64,000 nt of DNA from NCBI GenBank assembly GCA_001179505.1, contig CDMY01000312.1, positions 1 to 64,000 of the forward strand. Reading direction: 5' to 3'. Shown here one piece after another: positions 61,823-64,000 of the stretch (positions within the stretch are counted from its first letter, which is position 1; each line of letters begins with the position of its first letter). This DNA is from Vitrella brassicaformis CCMP3155 (lineage: Eukaryota; Protista; Chromerida). The notes beneath the pieces are model-generated. The model did no database searches. It was given only the letters and a program-made list of their open reading frames with translations, and was not told the origin of the DNA. Both the position numbers and the translations under genes were made by a program.

Positions 61823-63941
61823 ATGGGCACGATTCCCTCGTTGTTTCACCGCTCTCTGTCCTTCTTCAATCGTCGTCGTGTCACTGACGGCAACGCGTCA
61901 GCTTCATCCTCATCGTCTGCTCCTCTGATGAGCGCCTCATCGACGACGGTCGTGTGGCAGTGGGAGACCGACCACAGCGGGTGGTGTCCGTGGGACGGTC
62001 ACGCACAGCGAGATCTCGAGAGGCACTTCCACAGCGGAGGTCAGCGGAACTTCGACCTCGGCGTCGGTTCCAGGACTTACGAGATTGACTTCAACAACAT
62101 GCTGCAGAGAAACAAACACACCGGTAGGTACCTGCCAGAAAGGGCACGTGTCTGTGTCCGGGGAGCTGAGCTTGTCATCGACTGTCGTGTCGTCTTGGTG
62201 GTGGGGATGTTGTCATGTTAGGTGTGCAGAGGCGCATCCGGCGGGAGGTGGGCAACTTCGTGTGGGAGTTCGATGCAGGCGGGCAGCAGGGGTGGACTGT
62301 GTAAGCCACAAGACACACACACACACACACGCGACGGTGTGTTATGCATGAGCATGGTCCGTGTGTCTGTTTGTGTGTGGCAGGTTTGACGCGCCCACCG
62401 CGACTCAGCTGGAGGTGGAGAGCCACCTGTGCGCCAACAACGGCCAGGTGACCTACACCCACCACAACCAGCGCTACGAGGCCAACCTCTTCAACCGCAA
62501 GCAGACCAACCTCCACACCAATCAACAGCGCGACATCAGGCGCAGGGACGTCATGCCAGGCGCCGCCCCACACCCCCATGGACATCACCCCCAGTCCCAC
62601 CACGCCCGCCAATCCGCCGGCCGGTCTCACGCACAGTCGTCTGGACACCGACACGGACCCTATCATGGCCACGGACACGGCGGCAGGCATTCCGGCGGCC
62701 GTCGGAGCGGCCATGCGGCCAGTGCTTCGGCCTCTGCTGCAAGTGGCGGGTCGATCGCGACACACTCATTCGGCAGCGGGCGGAAGATCTACACGTACAA
62801 TGACGAGTCGATTCCGCAGGAGGACGTGGACTCGGTGCTCGAGGATGTGCCGGACCGGCCAGAGAGGGAGGGAGAGGGAGAGGGAGAGGAGGGGGAGGGG
62901 GAGGGCGGGGGAGAGGCGTGTGCCGTCTGCAGCATATGTCACGACGAGTTGCGTGAGGACCTGGTGAGGTTTGTGGGCGACTGCCCCCACGTGTTCCACC
63001 GGGAGTGTGTACACAATATGGCCAAATACGGCAGCGGCCACCTCAAGTGCCCCCTCTGCAACGCGGTCAAGCTCTACTCACATGGATCGCAGCCCAGTGG
63101 TCAGTCAGCTGAACACACACACACGCGCGCACACACAGACATCTGGATCGTCCACACATCACATCTGCTCGGGGTGTGTGTGTCAGGTGCGATGGAGTGG
63201 ACCACTGGTGACGAGCCGGTCTTGAAGGGCCACGAGGGCACCAAGACCGTCACCATCACTTGGTCATTCCCAGACGGAATACAGGGTGGGTCTGCCCTGC
63301 CCCTCACACACATAGACAAGGAGAGCGCTCACGCATGCCACTGTGTGTGTGCTGGTTTGATCAGGTCGCAAGATGATGAGTGAGGGACACCGGTATCGCG
63401 GCACGAGCCGCACCGGCTACCTCCCCGATACACCCACTGGACGCGCCATCGCACAAATGTTCATCAGATGCTTCGAACACGTACGTTGGTTGCCCCCCAC
63501 ACACACCCACACACCCCCCCACACACCAATGCCAATGCGACGTCTCTGTGTGTTGTGTTGTGTTGTGTGCAGGGTCACATGTTCACAGTGGGGTCGAGTG
63601 TGACGACGGGCGCCGAGAACACGACTGTGTGGAACGGCGTCCACGTCAAAACCAAACCTGTCGGAGGTAGGACCATCACACTCACGCTCACCACTCAGGC
63701 AGCACAGGAGGGCAACCACACCCATTTCCCTCTCTCTCTGTACCCCCCAGGGTCGGCCAACTTTGGATACCCCGACGATGGGTACTTCAAGCGCGTGTTG
63801 GAGGAGCTGGCGGGCAAGCACATTCTGCCCACACAGGAGGAGCGCGACGTGCTTACAGCCCAGGGGGTCATCGAGCAAGCGACGTCCGCCAGCGCATCGA
63901 CGTCCGCATCCACACCCGCAACCAACGCCGTCAACCCGTGA
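61823..63941 (+). CDS. DTX: Deltex-like E3 ligase (two WWE domains, RING-H2, Deltex C-terminal domain), multi-exon
   Basis: WWE1 VWQWETDHSGWCPW..YEIDFNNMLQRN..G|VQRRIRR; WWE2 FVWEFD..W..YEANL..QTNL..RDIRR; RING CSICHD..CPHVFHRECV..KCPLC; DTC GSQPSG|AM..ITWSFPDGIQ..RTGYLPD..FTVGSSVTTG..VWNGVHVKT..FGYPDDGYFKRVLEEL. Confidence 0.9.
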
Positions 63942-64000
63942 TCCTCCCGGCCCACCTGCCTGTTGACATGCGGTGTTATCCTCTGAGATTTTGGTTTGAT

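Overview
This is eukaryotic, GC-rich, intron-dense nuclear DNA. Short GT-AG introns are packed with (CA)n, (TG)n, (CTGT)n and (GATG)n microsatellites, and there are two 300-nt N gaps. The intron style and several members of a lineage-expanded protein family point to the chromerid alveolate Vitrella brassicaformis or a close relative (inference, not database-checked). About 22 multi-exon genes or gene fragments were reconstructed by hand from the ORF track and splice sites, so exon limits are approximate. They include a spliced KDZ (Kyakuja-Dileera-Zisupton) transposase gene, a ZGRF1-like helicase, a MATH protein, a Kelch-BTB protein, a DUF72-UIM-UBX fusion, a CBM20 protein, a RING-H2 ligase, BRCA2, Aurora kinase, C1D, a DRE-TIM/HMGL-like protein, TLDc proteins, a nonsense-disrupted eIF4E, a CysQ/IMPase-family phosphatase with a footprint-like insertion, ChaC, a divergent Rab, a probably plastid-targeted methyltransferase and Deltex. 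I saw no RNA genes or CRISPR arrays. The strongest leads are the DUF72-UIM-UBX fusion, the KDZ transposase carrying chromo-like and ubiquitin-binding-like motifs, and complementary (CA)n...(TG)n tracts at opposite ends of many introns.
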